DNA of 64,000 bases from an uncultured delta proteobacterium. GTDB lineage: Bacteria; Desulfobacterota; Desulfomonilia; Desulfomonilales; Desulfomonilaceae. Numbering within the stretch: the stretch's first letter is position 1; each line of letters begins with the position of its first letter. The translations under genes and the position numbers were made by a program. Positions 30,895 to 41,518 of this stretch are shown one piece after another. The notes beneath the pieces are model-generated. The model was not told the DNA's origin. It searched no databases and was given only the letters and a program-made list of their open reading frames with translations. The stretch is taken from positions 1 to 64,000 of the forward strand of contig CAWBKB010000004.1 of assembly GCA_963789265.1 (NCBI GenBank), written 5' to 3'.

Positions 30895-33800
30895 ATGAAT
30901 AGAGTTTCTTCCATACCGGATTTGAGCCATTTGGAGCAATTGCGTAAGAGACTGTGGGAGGGGAAAGAGTATGGACGAGCCGCAGTAATGGTTGGGGCTG
31001 GATTCAGCAGAAATGCTGAATCAAAAGCAGGAAACTCCCCTAGTTATCCTTTGTGGAATGAGTTAGCTGGATGTCTGTACGAAGAGCTTTACCCTCCGGG
31101 AACAGCCCCTGGCGAAGAATATCAGAGAGACAAGTTGAGAAAGACATCTGGAGGCGGGGTCTTGAAACTGGCGCAGGAGTACAAAACATGGTTTGGTCGC
31201 GAACGCCTGAATAAAGCACTCCTGGACATCATCCCATATCGCTCTTACCGACCGGGCATTCTTCATCGACTCCTTCTATCACTTCCTTGGTCTGATGTGT
31301 TCACGACTAACTACGACACATTGCTCGAAGAGGCATTGCCGTCCGTCTATTACCGCAAGTATGATGTTTGCCTCACCATGGACGAGATTCCACTGAAGAT
31401 GAAACCGAGGCTTGTGAAACTGCACGGCAGTTTTCCATCACATACTCCTTTCATAATTACTGAAGAAGATTATCGAAGGTACCCATCAAGATTTGCTCCC
31501 TTTGTCAACATGGTCCAGCAAGCCTTAATGGAAAACGCACTCTGTCTGATCGGGTTTTCGGGAGACGATCCGAATTTCTTAAATTGGACCGGGTGGGTTC
31601 GAGACAATCTGAAAGAGCACACCCCCACTATCTACTTGTGTGGGATTCTTAATTTGTCTTCCTCCCAAAGGAAGGTATTGCAGGACCGGCGTATCATTCC
31701 CATAGATCTTTCGCATTTGCCGCTGGATCAAGATATGGATTCCGCTCTAAAGCATGTAAAAGCTTTAGAATGGTTGCTATTGAGCTTACTCAATGGGAAG
31801 CCGGAGGACCGCCGGAATTGGCCGGTTCCATCTGCTCCAATCATCGAAACACCGTCGGACGGCCTTCCACCAATCCTGCCAAGGCCTTCGACGATGTCCG
31901 ATCTATCGAAAGTCATACCGCAAGCCCCCCCCGATGCCGAAATTCTTCAAGAACTCCTCGAAGCCTGGAAGGACCAGCGGGAACAGTATCCCGGATGGGT
32001 CGTGTGCCCGAAACAAAGCAGACATATTCTCTGGGTGTGTACACAGTACTGGTTGAGCCCCGTGGCGGAATCTATGTCGCTGGTCAAGCCTTGGGAAAGG
32101 CTGTTCTTGCTGAGAGAATTGAACTGGCGTCTGGAAAGATGCCTCGTTCCGCTCGGCGCACTGGCAGAAAAAGTCAAGCAGATCGTCATTTCGTTCAATC
32201 CATTTGCGGGTCGCCTGGACTTACCGGACGCTGAGTATCATAGCGATGACATCGAATGGCAACATCTGGATTGGGAAGAGATACGTGTTTCCTGGGTGGA
32301 ACTTGTCTTTGCTCTCGCCAGGAAGGCAAGAGAGAAGCTTGATCAGCCAACGTTTCTGCAGTGGCTGGGCCTTCTGGAAAAGGTGGTGCCGCTGAAAAAA
32401 GACTGGCTGGCACGGCATTGGTACGAAGAGTGCCTATTCTCGCTCTTCTCACTGGACCCGAAGACCTTACGAGAAAAACTGGACAACTGCCCTGTGGGAA
32501 TGGATTTCCCGCTCGTACAGGCTAAACGAGCATCAATGATGGCTGAGGTGGGCCGTTTCCGGGAAGCGAGAAAGCTGGCCCAGGAAGCTCTTGATGTGAT
32601 CCGTTATGGGCTCAGCACTGAGGACGGTGATTACTGTTCCCTCTCCCAGGAGGGTTGGTTGATGTTATCGATTCATTTGCTTGACCGCGCCGATTTAGGT
32701 TTGCCTAAACATAACATGCCACAGCAGCGCGATCGGTGGGAAAAGCTCAGTACCCTCAAATGCAATCCGTCAGAAGACTTGGACCGCACATCCTCACAAT
32801 TGAGGAAGGGTCCACCGCTTGCACCCCCCGCTTGGGAAGAGAAGGTGGAATTTGACCCCGGCCACAGAATGAAGGTAGCGCATTTCGATCCCGAATCTGA
32901 GTTTGAAAAATGCTTGCCCGCTTTTCAATTCCTTAGGCTACTTGAAGATGGTGGATGTCCAGTCAAATTGGGAGGAAACTCTGATTTGTGGAATTCGGCT
33001 ACGATCAATGCAGCCAAATGGATTGGCTCATGCGAGCCTTTTTTGGCCATAGGCTACATGATCCGAGATAATAATCACGAAGAGATAAAGGCCTGGTTCA
33101 ACAGAGTGCGAGTGGCGATTATGGACCAGGAGATGGTTGAAAAGCTGTACAAGCTAGTGAGCGATTCCCTGAAGCAGGTAATTCAGTCCCTGAATCGCCG
33201 TCCAGATGAGTCTTCTGTCATCGGAGGGGATCTGGAGTCAAGGTTAGTGGGAATTCTGCCAGAAATACTCTCCCGCCTTTGCTTCCGTCTTTCCGGGGCC
33301 GGTAGGGCTCAGCTATTCGATTTGGTGACAGAGATGTACCAACTGCGTTTGTTCACCAATAATTGGCATTTGCATGAAGAGGTGGGGTCGCTGCTTGAGA
33401 GAATACTATTTGCAATGGACCGAGAAGAAATACTACAAGGAATGCCCACACTACTCTCACTGCCCATGCCTGAGGAAACGCGATTTCTAGTGAGCATGCC
33501 CGGTTTCTGGGTAGAGCCTTTCGCGTGTGCTCGATTAGAATCACTAGGAAGGATCGACCACGGCTTCGATCTATCGTCCTGGCAAGAACCGATTCGCAAT
33601 CTTCTCAGGATTGCGGAGGAAGGAACCGCTGAGGCCAGAACTAGAGCGCTTCTAAGGCTGGAAAGGCTGGAGAGAATGGGTGCCTTAGATGCTGATCAAC
33701 ATCAGACGTTCGCCACGGTACTATGGTCGAATACTGATCTCCAAACGCAGCTCCCATCAAACACTTCATTTCCTACGATGTGGGGATTTCTCTTTTTGCC

Positions 33801-34854
33801 AGAACTCGAATCAGGCAGGGCCAAGGAACTATTCCGGCGACACATCTTGGGTACGGAGTTCCCTCGCGTCATTAATAAAAAACCGATGGAAGAGGTCTTG
33901 GAAAATCCGCGAGAAGCCGAGACCAGCCCGAAGAGAAACAGAGCAATCCGCGAAATACTTTGGTCGACACTTCGTGTAGATCGTCTCGATCACGAAAATT
34001 CTTCGAGATTTGTTGACTGGACTATGGAAGAAGTCATCCAAATCTTAAGCCGTTCGGCTGAATGGTGGGATCAGAATAAATCTGACTTAAAGGATCCAGA
34101 GATAATCAAATCACCGTTCGCTGGTGACTCGTTGCGGGAAGAACTATTCGAATTGGTCCCATTGTTTGCCGACGTAATCTTGCCAAAATTGGTCGAAGCT
34201 CAAGCTTCTGATAAGGTGCTGGCCTTGAGAATTATTCAGGAAATGGAAAATGAAGGTTTTTGTACTGCTTTGTGCTCTCCCGCCATGCTGTTTGTTGATC
34301 CCGCTCAGCACGATCCTGTTGCCAGGAGGCTCAGAATAGGACTCAACTCTGTCGACACAGACGAGGTCATGAACTGTATTGAGGGGTTAATCCGCTGGTT
34401 TCTTTATGGTCAGAAGGGTGCGCTTCCAATGCCCCCGGACGATTTGTTTCGAGAACTCGTCATCATGGTGGCTACAAGGAGACAGCCAGGACTGGAACTT
34501 GCGATGCAGAAACTATCTTTCATTTTAGAACGAGCGCCCGACCAGCTCAGTGAAGACATGGTTCGTTCACTCTGTGTTGGGCTGGAGTATCTCAAGAAGG
34601 AAACAGAACTGCCAGTGGACCTGGACAAAGATCTTGCCAGCGGTTCTCGTCCAGCCATACCAATAGAGAAAAGGCCTGACTGTCGCAAGGATGCGGCGGA
34701 CTTGGCACACGCCCTGCACGATTATTTTCTTATCAAAGGCTTGGAGATACCTTCGATAATCGCTGAATGGAGGGAGGTTTGTCGGTCAGATCGACTCCCA
34801 GAAGTTCGACGAGCCTGGTCGGAAAGCAGCACTTTTACAAAACCGGAGACGTGA
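30895..34854 (+). CDS. SIR2-domain NADase, Dsr1-like anti-phage defence protein
   Basis: MVGAGFS, FTTNYDTLLE, KLHGSF, IGFSGDDPNF; about 1000-aa helical C-terminal region; RBS GGAGGAG. Confidence 0.88.
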   Translation: MNRVSSIPDLSHLEQLRKRLWEGKEYGRAAVMVGAGFSRNAESKAGNSPSYPLWNELAGCLYEELYPPGTAPGEEYQRDKLRKTSGGGVLKLAQEYKTWFGRERLNKALLDIIPYRSYRPGILHRLLLSLPWSDVFTTNYDTLLEEALPSVYYRKYDVCLTMDEIPLKMKPRLVKLHGSFPSHTPFIITEEDYRRYPSRFAPFVNMVQQALMENALCLIGFSGDDPNFLNWTGWVRDNLKEHTPTIYLCGILNLSSSQRKVLQDRRIIPIDLSHLPLDQDMDSALKHVKALEWLLLSLLNGKPEDRRNWPVPSAPIIETPSDGLPPILPRPSTMSDLSKVIPQAPPDAEILQELLEAWKDQREQYPGWVVCPKQSRHILWVCTQYWLSPVAESMSLVKPWERLFLLRELNWRLERCLVPLGALAEKVKQIVISFNPFAGRLDLPDAEYHSDDIEWQHLDWEEIRVSWVELVFALARKAREKLDQPTFLQWLGLLEKVVPLKKDWLARHWYEECLFSLFSLDPKTLREKLDNCPVGMDFPLVQAKRASMMAEVGRFREARKLAQEALDVIRYGLSTEDGDYCSLSQEGWLMLSIHLLDRADLGLPKHNMPQQRDRWEKLSTLKCNPSEDLDRTSSQLRKGPPLAPPAWEEKVEFDPGHRMKVAHFDPESEFEKCLPAFQFLRLLEDGGCPVKLGGNSDLWNSATINAAKWIGSCEPFLAIGYMIRDNNHEEIKAWFNRVRVAIMDQEMVEKLYKLVSDSLKQVIQSLNRRPDESSVIGGDLESRLVGILPEILSRLCFRLSGAGRAQLFDLVTEMYQLRLFTNNWHLHEEVGSLLERILFAMDREEILQGMPTLLSLPMPEETRFLVSMPGFWVEPFACARLESLGRIDHGFDLSSWQEPIRNLLRIAEEGTAEARTRALLRLERLERMGALDADQHQTFATVLWSNTDLQTQLPSNTSFPTMWGFLFLPELESGRAKELFRRHILGTEFPRVINKKPMEEVLENPREAETSPKRNRAIREILWSTLRVDRLDHENSSRFVDWTMEEVIQILSRSAEWWDQNKSDLKDPEIIKSPFAGDSLREELFELVPLFADVILPKLVEAQASDKVLALRIIQEMENEGFCTALCSPAMLFVDPAQHDPVARRLRIGLNSVDTDEVMNCIEGLIRWFLYGQKGALPMPPDDLFRELVIMVATRRQPGLELAMQKLSFILERAPDQLSEDMVRSLCVGLEYLKKETELPVDLDKDLASGSRPAIPIEKRPDCRKDAADLAHALHDYFLIKGLEIPSIIAEWREVCRSDRLPEVRRAWSESSTFTKPET

Positions 34855-34947
34855 TTCATTTCAGTGGATTCACACGGCAGTGCTCTGGGGCGGTGATGTT
34901 GTGAGCGGAGATGTGGAACGGATGGCTGTGCCGAATTCTGTAATTCT

Positions 34948-35139
34948 GGGGACACCATACTTAATTCTTTAGGTTTGCGGCCTAGGGTCAGGCTTTCATT
35001 TTCGGTGTATCACACCGGACGCTCTCCCTAATGTTCGGCCAGCGTCGCATTCCCTCAAGGGTCACCAGCGGACCGCTCGTGGCATCGGCGCATGCGCCCA
35101 TCCTCCGGAGGCAGGCAATGAATTAAGTGTGGTGTCCCC
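34948..35139. mobile_element. 192-bp non-autonomous element (MITE/REPIN-like) with GGGGACACCA(T/C)ACTTAATTC inverted ends
   Basis: 19/20-bp IR at 34948-34967 and 35120-35139; short tandem duplications just outside each end. Confidence 0.8.
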
Positions 35140-35217
35140 GGAACCGGAACTTGCATTCGCAAGTTCGGACTGACAGAATGCCATCCTCTATAACTGCTTT
35201 GGTCAGGAAAAGACTCC

Positions 35218-36657
35218 TCAAGCGCAAACACTGGGGCGGCGGGCCGCCCAAGGACGAGCTTGCTCGAGCTGGGCCGCGAGGCGGAATAGAGTTGCTTCAT
35301 CGCCGAACCGGCCTACAAAGTGTGAGCCTATGGGAATCCCGTCCTTGTTCCAGAAAAGCGGCACGGACATCGCCGGTTGACCGGTAGCGTTGAACAACGC
35401 GGTGTACGGAGCGAAAGCAACTACCCGTTCCCATGCCTTCATGGGGTTATCCTTCGGAGCGTCAAATGTGCCAAGGGGCACGGGCGGCTCAGCCAGGACG
35501 GGAGTGAGCAAGATGTCATAGTCTGTGAAAAACTTTGCTATTTCTCGGGTAAACCTTTGCAGTGTCGTCACAGCGAGAAGGTACCGGGATGCACTTATCT
35601 CACGGCCTTTTTGGTAAAGGGCAAAGGTAAGAGGTTCGAACATTTGCTCAGTCGGAGTGATGTTTCCTATGGTGGCGATGGTATCAATGGTGGCCGCGAG
35701 TCCTCCCGTCCACACGGCCACGAAAGCGCCGGTTCCCACTTCAGGATCACGATTTATTGATGGGGCCGATTCCTCTACCACGTGCCCCAGGCTCTCACAA
35801 AGGGCCGCCGCTTCCTTGAGCGCAGTCACACAGTCTTCATGGGCCTGGTGGACGAAGGGGAAATCGGCAGAAACGGCAATCCTGAGCCGACCCGGGTCTG
35901 TGCGGACTTCTTCAAGAAACGGGCGCTGTGGAGGCGGGGCCCAGTATGGATCGCCTATATCCGGGCCGGCAGTAGCGTCCAGAAGAGCGGCGCTGTCTCT
36001 TACCGAGCGGCTGACGGCGTGCTCGCAGATGAGGCCGGAAAACAAGTCCCCAAAATCCGGACCCAATGGATTGCGGGCTCGCGTGGGCTTAAGTCCGAAA
36101 ACCCCGCAGCAGGAAGCCGGGATCCGGATCGATCCGCCACCGTCACTGGCATGGGCCATCGGAACCATTCCCGATGCCACAGCCGCCGCGGAACCGCCCG
36201 ACGACCCGCCGGTGGTCCTCTCCGTGTCCCACGGATTCCTGGTTTTGCCGAAAACAACCGGCTCGGTGGTGGGGACAAGGCCGAATTCTGGCGTGTTGGT
36301 CTTTCCAAGTGTAATTAATCCCGCTTTTTTGATCCTCAGAATCAGTTCACTGTCGTGGTCCGGTACGTAACCGCTCAACAGGAGAGTTCCCATGGCCATC
36401 CTTACGCCGCCGTAGGAGGCTAACAAGTCCTTCATCAAAAATGGAACCCCGGCAAACCGCCCTTCCGGGATCGGACCGGAAGCCTTTTTCCGCGCCAGGT
36501 CGTACATGGGTGTGATCACAGCGTTGAGGCGTGGATTCAGCCGCTCGATTCTTTCAATGGCCGCTTCCACCAGCTCGATTGGGGTGATCTCCTTGTTTCT
36601 GACCAATTCAGCCTGCGCTGTGGCGTCTAGTGAAGCTATCTCATCTACGTTGGCCAT
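35218..36657 (-). CDS. Amidase signature family protein
   Basis: [41 protein letters not shown]. Confidence 0.96.
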   Translation of the reverse strand: MANVDEIASLDATAQAELVRNKEITPIELVEAAIERIERLNPRLNAVITPMYDLARKKASGPIPEGRFAGVPFLMKDLLASYGGVRMAMGTLLLSGYVPDHDSELILRIKKAGLITLGKTNTPEFGLVPTTEPVVFGKTRNPWDTERTTGGSSGGSAAAVASGMVPMAHASDGGGSIRIPASCCGVFGLKPTRARNPLGPDFGDLFSGLICEHAVSRSVRDSAALLDATAGPDIGDPYWAPPPQRPFLEEVRTDPGRLRIAVSADFPFVHQAHEDCVTALKEAAALCESLGHVVEESAPSINRDPEVGTGAFVAVWTGGLAATIDTIATIGNITPTEQMFEPLTFALYQKGREISASRYLLAVTTLQRFTREIAKFFTDYDILLTPVLAEPPVPLGTFDAPKDNPMKAWERVVAFAPYTALFNATGQPAMSVPLFWNKDGIPIGSHFVGRFGDEATLFRLAAQLEQARPWAARRPSVCA

Positions 36658-36920
36658 GGTTTAGCTCCTTCCTGTTGGTCGAGTCTCGGTCCTTGTTATT
36701 CGGAACCATTTTCGAAGTATAGTGACTTCAGTGATCTTCAAGGTAACTGCTGTCCGAGCAAGGATCAACTGCGCTCCGGGCTTGGTCTGAAAGAGATTTA
36801 CAGCTTGTGGAAACTTTCATGCTTTCGCTAACCTCAAGTATTTCCTGATGTGCTTTGCGACCGATTAGCCCTTGTTTCTTTAAAACATGGTGGAGCAGGT
36901 ATGTCAAACATGACTGCCCG

Positions 36921-37928
36921 CTAAAGCATCTTGAACAGATCGGTATGCTCTCTCTTTCCTCTGACCTGGACCGTGCGTACATGCTCAACGCAGAATCTTT
37001 CAGGAAGGTGTCCCCGTGTTTCCCCACTTATAAGAATGTCGCAGCCCAAAACCTTAGTCATATCCTGTATCCGTGAAGCAAGGTTCACAGTATCCCCGAC
37101 CATGAGGTACGAAAGACGCTTTGAACTGCCGACACTTGCCGCAACAACTTCACCGCTATGAATTCCAATTCCATGCTGGAAAGGATGATCTCCCTTGGAT
37201 TCCCACTTGCGATTCAAATCAAAGAGGCGCTTGTTCATCTCCATTGCTGCTTCTACCGCTTTAGTTGGATGATCGTCCAAATCTATCGGAGCTCCGAATA
37301 CTGCTTCAATTTCGTCCCCAATAAACTGAAGTACCAGACCCTTACATTTTTCTATTTCCTTAACCATTTCCGCGTAATACTGATTCAATTTTTCAACCAC
37401 TTGTTGAGGAGACGACCTCTCAACGAATGAAGTAAAATCACGTAGATGGCAAAAGAGAATAGTAACATTTCGTGTCTCGGCTTCGGGCCGTGCCTCAGAA
37501 GCCAATATCACGTCTCTGATCTCATTTGATATATATCTCCCAAATATTTCTCGAATGCGCTCTCTGTCCCGCAAACCTTCGATCATTTTATCGGTGCGGG
37601 CGGCGATTTCCTGCTCCAATTGTTTATTCAGTTCCAAAAGTTCGGAAGCCCCTTGGCCTTGAATCTGATCTTCTCGAATCCAGTCTTCCTGCTCTCGATT
37701 CATTTTCGCTGGCGGTTGTGAAAACTTGCCGAGGAGCGGTTTTTGGACCCCTTGGGCGCAAAATCTTCCCGACGACCTCATTTCCGGTGCGGGCGGGCCG
37801 TCGCAAGGTGCCACGGATTCATCCGAGAGTTTCTCCAAGCGCTGCTGAAGAGCCTTTACCGAGGCTATTCTCCTTTCCTTGTCCTCTGCCGTGGACTCCT
37901 GGATGATATGGTCCAGGCCTTTCAAGAA
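36921..37928 (-). pseudogene. C-terminal half (kinase tail + class III adenylate/guanylate cyclase) of an IS-interrupted gene
   Basis: FIGDEI.AVFGAP, GIGIHSGEV, VGDTVNLASR. Continues in frame from the kinase through the TSD (TPFLK|GLDHII). Confidence 0.88.
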
Positions 37929-37969
37929 GGCGATATTATACTTGACAGACCTACGAAAGGGGGACTATG

Positions 37970-39103
37970 ATGAATTTACCTTTTAGCTTGCTAAAAGACA
38001 AGGACTGGCGCGAGAATGAGGAATCCAGTAGAGGCTATCGCATGATTACAACTTTCGACATTGAAAATTTCCGTTGTTTCGAGCACCTTCACTTAGAGAA
38101 CCTGCGCACTATTAACATTATTGTGGGCGACAATGGTTCTGGTAAGACAGCGTTATTGGAGGCATTGTTACTATCAGCGTACGCTCATCCGGGTGCATTT
38201 TCATTTATTCGCTTAGCTAGGAAGTTATCTCTTCCTCGGGAACAGGTTAATTGGGATCGAAATATTTTTATGTCCATGTGGGAAGATGTCTTTTTTAATT
38301 TCCAGGATTCAAAACTTATCAAGGCTAAATTTACCGATTCACTATATGGCAAATTAGAAATAGAAGTTCAATACGTGTGGCCAGAATCGGCAGCGGCCTT
38401 TTTGGGGGGACCTATCCCTCATTTAATGGTTACACGTTTTGAGTCTGAAGAAAGAAAGAGAAGCAAGAAGGCAGCAATGATAGCCTTACTGAAAATTAAC
38501 GAACAAGGCCGGCCTGTTGTTGAAGGACCAACAATAAGAATACCGCCCGTCTATATTCTTCCGTCTACTAATCAGTTTCTTCCAGAGGAAATGGTTATCC
38601 AATATGGTGAACTAAGTAAACGCAATATGGAAGTGTATGTTACTGAGATTCTACGAAAAGATTTCCCAAAATTATCTAACATTCAAATTCTTCCAGATGG
38701 TAGCGGCTCAGGATTATTTGTTAAAATGGAATCTATTCCGAAGAAAAAAATACCACTGGCCTCGGTTTCAGCCGGAGCTGCGCGGTATTTAAATATGTTG
38801 ATGTCAGTTCTTTTGATGGAAAAAGGCATTGTGCTAGTAGATGAGATTGAAAATGGTATTTATTGGAAAAAAATGCCAAACATTTGGAAGAGACTAAGAG
38901 AGTTATGTGTCGAACGAGGCGTTCAGCTTTTCGCGACCACGCACAGCGATGAATGTCTTCAATCACTTATTGAGGGCATGCAAGAACACGAAGTAGATTT
39001 TTCCTTAATTCGTACGACTATTACTGACGGAAAAGGAACTGTTGAACAGTTTGCCGGTAGACCATTCCTAGCTGCTCTAGAGGGACATGGTGAAGTTCGG
39101 TGA
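37970..39103 (+). CDS. AAA/ABC-type ATPase (AAA_15/AAA_21-like), IS cargo
   Basis: IENFRCF, GDNGSGKT, SAG signature, LVDEIENG, FATTHS. Alternative start at 38042. Confidence 0.92.
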   Translation: MNLPFSLLKDKDWRENEESSRGYRMITTFDIENFRCFEHLHLENLRTINIIVGDNGSGKTALLEALLLSAYAHPGAFSFIRLARKLSLPREQVNWDRNIFMSMWEDVFFNFQDSKLIKAKFTDSLYGKLEIEVQYVWPESAAAFLGGPIPHLMVTRFESEERKRSKKAAMIALLKINEQGRPVVEGPTIRIPPVYILPSTNQFLPEEMVIQYGELSKRNMEVYVTEILRKDFPKLSNIQILPDGSGSGLFVKMESIPKKKIPLASVSAGAARYLNMLMSVLLMEKGIVLVDEIENGIYWKKMPNIWKRLRELCVERGVQLFATTHSDECLQSLIEGMQEHEVDFSLIRTTITDGKGTVEQFAGRPFLAALEGHGEVR

Positions 39104-39831
39104 AGGAAGACTGCAAAAGCTGCAAATATCGCATGGAGCAAAGTAAGTCATGGGTATTAGAAGAAGAAAGAGTTATCATTTGTGAAGGGCTACACGATCA
39201 AAAGTTTCTTGAAAAATTGATTGACGAACGGGACCTACCTAGATTTCAAGTCAAAGATGCAGCTAGTTGGAACAGGGTCGAGGTTGGAGGTGTGCAAGGG
39301 TTTGGTTTAGCACTTGAAAAATTAATAGCGGTGACAGGCTTCAAAAATCTAAAAGGCATTGCCATTGTTACGGATAATGATGACAAGAACGCCCTTAATA
39401 ATGTCAAGAAAGCACTCAACAAGCACTTCAAGAAGTTGAAAGACTACGAGTATAAGCCTACAAAATCAGAGGATCTTGTGAGTATTCAGGGCAAGCCGGT
39501 GTTAATTGTACTTGTGCCCGACAGTAACCATTATGGTAACCTAGAATCTCTTTGTCTTCCGGCATTCTATGACCATTGGTCTACGGCAGAAAAATGCGCG
39601 AACCAATTCTTGAAGTGTACTGGCGCTGTCTCTAACTGGACTAATGGGGGGCAGCTTAACAAAGCCAGAGTTAGAGCTATCTTGTCGGGCTACTATAAAA
39701 GTGAACCGTATATAGGGCTAGGTGAAATATTCAAAAAGACTGACGAAATATCAACGTGCCATCAATGTTTTGAGCAATTAGCGAGTGCTTTGAGTCGTTT
39801 TGATAAGACAATTGAACAGAAGGGACCATAA
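39100..39831 (+). CDS. DUF3226/TOPRIM-like protein, partner of the ATPase
   Basis: IICEG.HD..F, IVTDND, G.LE.L; start overlaps the ATPase stop (GTGA). Confidence 0.75.
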   Translation: MKEDCKSCKYRMEQSKSWVLEEERVIICEGLHDQKFLEKLIDERDLPRFQVKDAASWNRVEVGGVQGFGLALEKLIAVTGFKNLKGIAIVTDNDDKNALNNVKKALNKHFKKLKDYEYKPTKSEDLVSIQGKPVLIVLVPDSNHYGNLESLCLPAFYDHWSTAEKCANQFLKCTGAVSNWTNGGQLNKARVRAILSGYYKSEPYIGLGEIFKKTDEISTCHQCFEQLASALSRFDKTIEQKGP

Positions 39832-40029
39832 TTACTGTGTTTCTAATTTTGTGATTGATTCCACCGGAGGTTTTTTAGGCGACAATATCCGCTTTATAGC
39901 CTCGTCAAATTTTTCTTCGGCGTCATCGTCCAGAAGTCGCTCAGCAGTGTCTATGAACCGAGCAGACTGCTCAGGGTCGTCGTATTCTAACCTTTTCTCT
40001 ATTTCTGTTTTATCCTGTTCCTTGACCAT
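39832..40029 (-). CDS. Small IS1595-associated protein
   Basis: DDPEQSARFI..AE.L..DAEEKFDEAIK.IL; homologous to 45261-45425. Confidence 0.75.
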   Translation of the reverse strand: MVKEQDKTEIEKRLEYDDPEQSARFIDTAERLLDDDAEEKFDEAIKRILSPKKPPVESITKLETQ

Positions 40030-40035
40030 TTGGTA

Positions 40036-40398
40036 TTATTCCTGTTTTTTGACGGGAAAGATCAACTTAACTTCTCCCCCTCTTATCCTTTCTGAATCAG
40101 CATCAGAATCATATATCACGAGGGGATCTTTTTGAGCGAATCTTACACGGTAAGTCGGCCCGTCTGGTGTCGGCTTAAAATCATAAACAAATGATGATTC
40201 CACCATCTTTTTGAGTTCACGCCAATCAGAGAAGGTTATCTGTCCAAATTGATAAGTCCGATATTCCTCTTGGGGAACAAGGCGCACGCTCACTACACCT
40301 CCAAAGGTTGGAGTATCACTCCCTATTGTTCGCACATCTTCATTCTTAGGAAGCCATTTCAAGCTTTGATTAAAATAGATTGATCCGAGCCGTACCAT
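40036..40398 (-). CDS. Hypothetical cargo protein
   Basis: 120 aa, RBS AAGGAG, own TTGACA-17-TATAGG promoter-like element. Confidence 0.65.
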   Translation of the reverse strand: MVRLGSIYFNQSLKWLPKNEDVRTIGSDTPTFGGVVSVRLVPQEEYRTYQFGQITFSDWRELKKMVESSFVYDFKPTPDGPTYRVRFAQKDPLVIYDSDADSERIRGGEVKLIFPVKKQE

Positions 40399-40494
40399 TT
40401 TTTGCTCCTTACTAATTTTGATACGCCCTATACTCAGGAAAGATTATCATGTCAAGTAAATGTTATGACATAATTTTTTTCTTATTTTTCTTTC

Positions 40495-41455
40495 TTATGC
40501 TTGCCCACTAGTCGTTTGATAGGCGAGACGCCTTCCGACTACGCCTCTGAGCAGCATTTCGGCTCTTTCAGCGTCATTGAAGCCCTCACGAGCAGGTCTC
40601 TTCCCGCTCTCGGGTCTGCCGCAACGGTAATTATATCTGAAATCAAACTCAGCAAGGTAGCGATGCAGATGCTCTTTCTTACAATGCTGATAGATGCCCT
40701 TCATTCCACGCTTGAAGATTGAAAAGAAGCCTTCGGCAGAGTTGATATGGACGGTGCGATCTTCTTTTGAGACATATTCACCGGCGCCGTGCCGCACCAT
40801 TCCGTGTTTCTGCGAAGTTTTCGTCTATGTGGCAATACTGGCCGGCGTCATCAGTCATAACCCTAGCTTCTCGGTCGATGTTTTCCTGGAGGATAGGAAC
40901 GATAGTTTTTGCATCAACGCTGTCCACAACCATACTGCGTGACCGACCGGATTCGCGATCAATAAGAGACAGGATTTTGCGTTTGTGCGCGTACCCCTTT
41001 CTCACCTCTTTGCCCGGCTCGTTCCACAGGAAAGTCTCGTCTGACTCTACAGCGCCGCCGTTTGCACCAAACGGAGCAAGATCACCGCTTCTCATAGCCT
41101 CGCGGATGCGATGCCCCAGGAACCACGCGCTCTTAATAGTGATACCCAACATTCTATGAAGTTGATTACAGCTTATGCCCTTCTTGGATGCGCTGATTAA
41201 GGTTATAGCCTGGAGCCACTTACGAAGCGGGATATGAGAATCTTCAAAGATAGTTCCGATCTTGACAGTGAAAGCCCGTTGACATACATAGCACTTGTAA
41301 GTGCCAATTCTGCTGGTCTTTCCGCCGAGTTTGTTAACGCGCTCGGTAGAACCGCAGTGAGGGCAAACAGGCCCCCCCGGCCAGAGAATGGCTTCAACGT
41401 ATTCATAAGCAGTTTCTTCACTGTGGAAGCGCATTTCTGAGAGTATTGCTATCAT
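40495..41455 (-). pseudogene. IS1595 transposase, +1 frameshift near 40808
   Basis: CPHCG zinc finger, ESDETF, MTDD, NSAEGFFS, HLHRYLAEFDFRYN. One extra A (GCAGAAACAC) relative to the intact paralog. Confidence 0.93.
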
Positions 41456-41476
41456 GATTATCTCCTTTATGAAGAT

Positions 41477-41505
41477 AGTATATTCCTTTAGGCCAAGTCT
41501 GTCAA
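41477..41505 (-). promoter_or_regulatory. Sigma70 promoter for the transposase, embedded in the TIR
   Basis: TTGACA-17-TATACT, then RBS AAGGAG and ATG at 41455. Confidence 0.8.
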
Positions 41506-41518
41506 GTATAATATCGCC

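Larger units (their letters stand above)
37929..41518 (-). mobile_element. IS1595-family (ISNwi-like) cargo-carrying element 1, 3590 bp
   Basis: TIR GGCGATATTATACTTGACAGAC at both ends; 8-bp TSD TTCAAGAA (37921-37928, 41519-41526). Confidence 0.95.

Noticed and set aside
30663..30902. 79-aa ORF overlapping the SIR2 start as a partner gene
   Set aside because: The start overlaps the putative -10 box, there is no RBS, and the sequence has no recognisable features.
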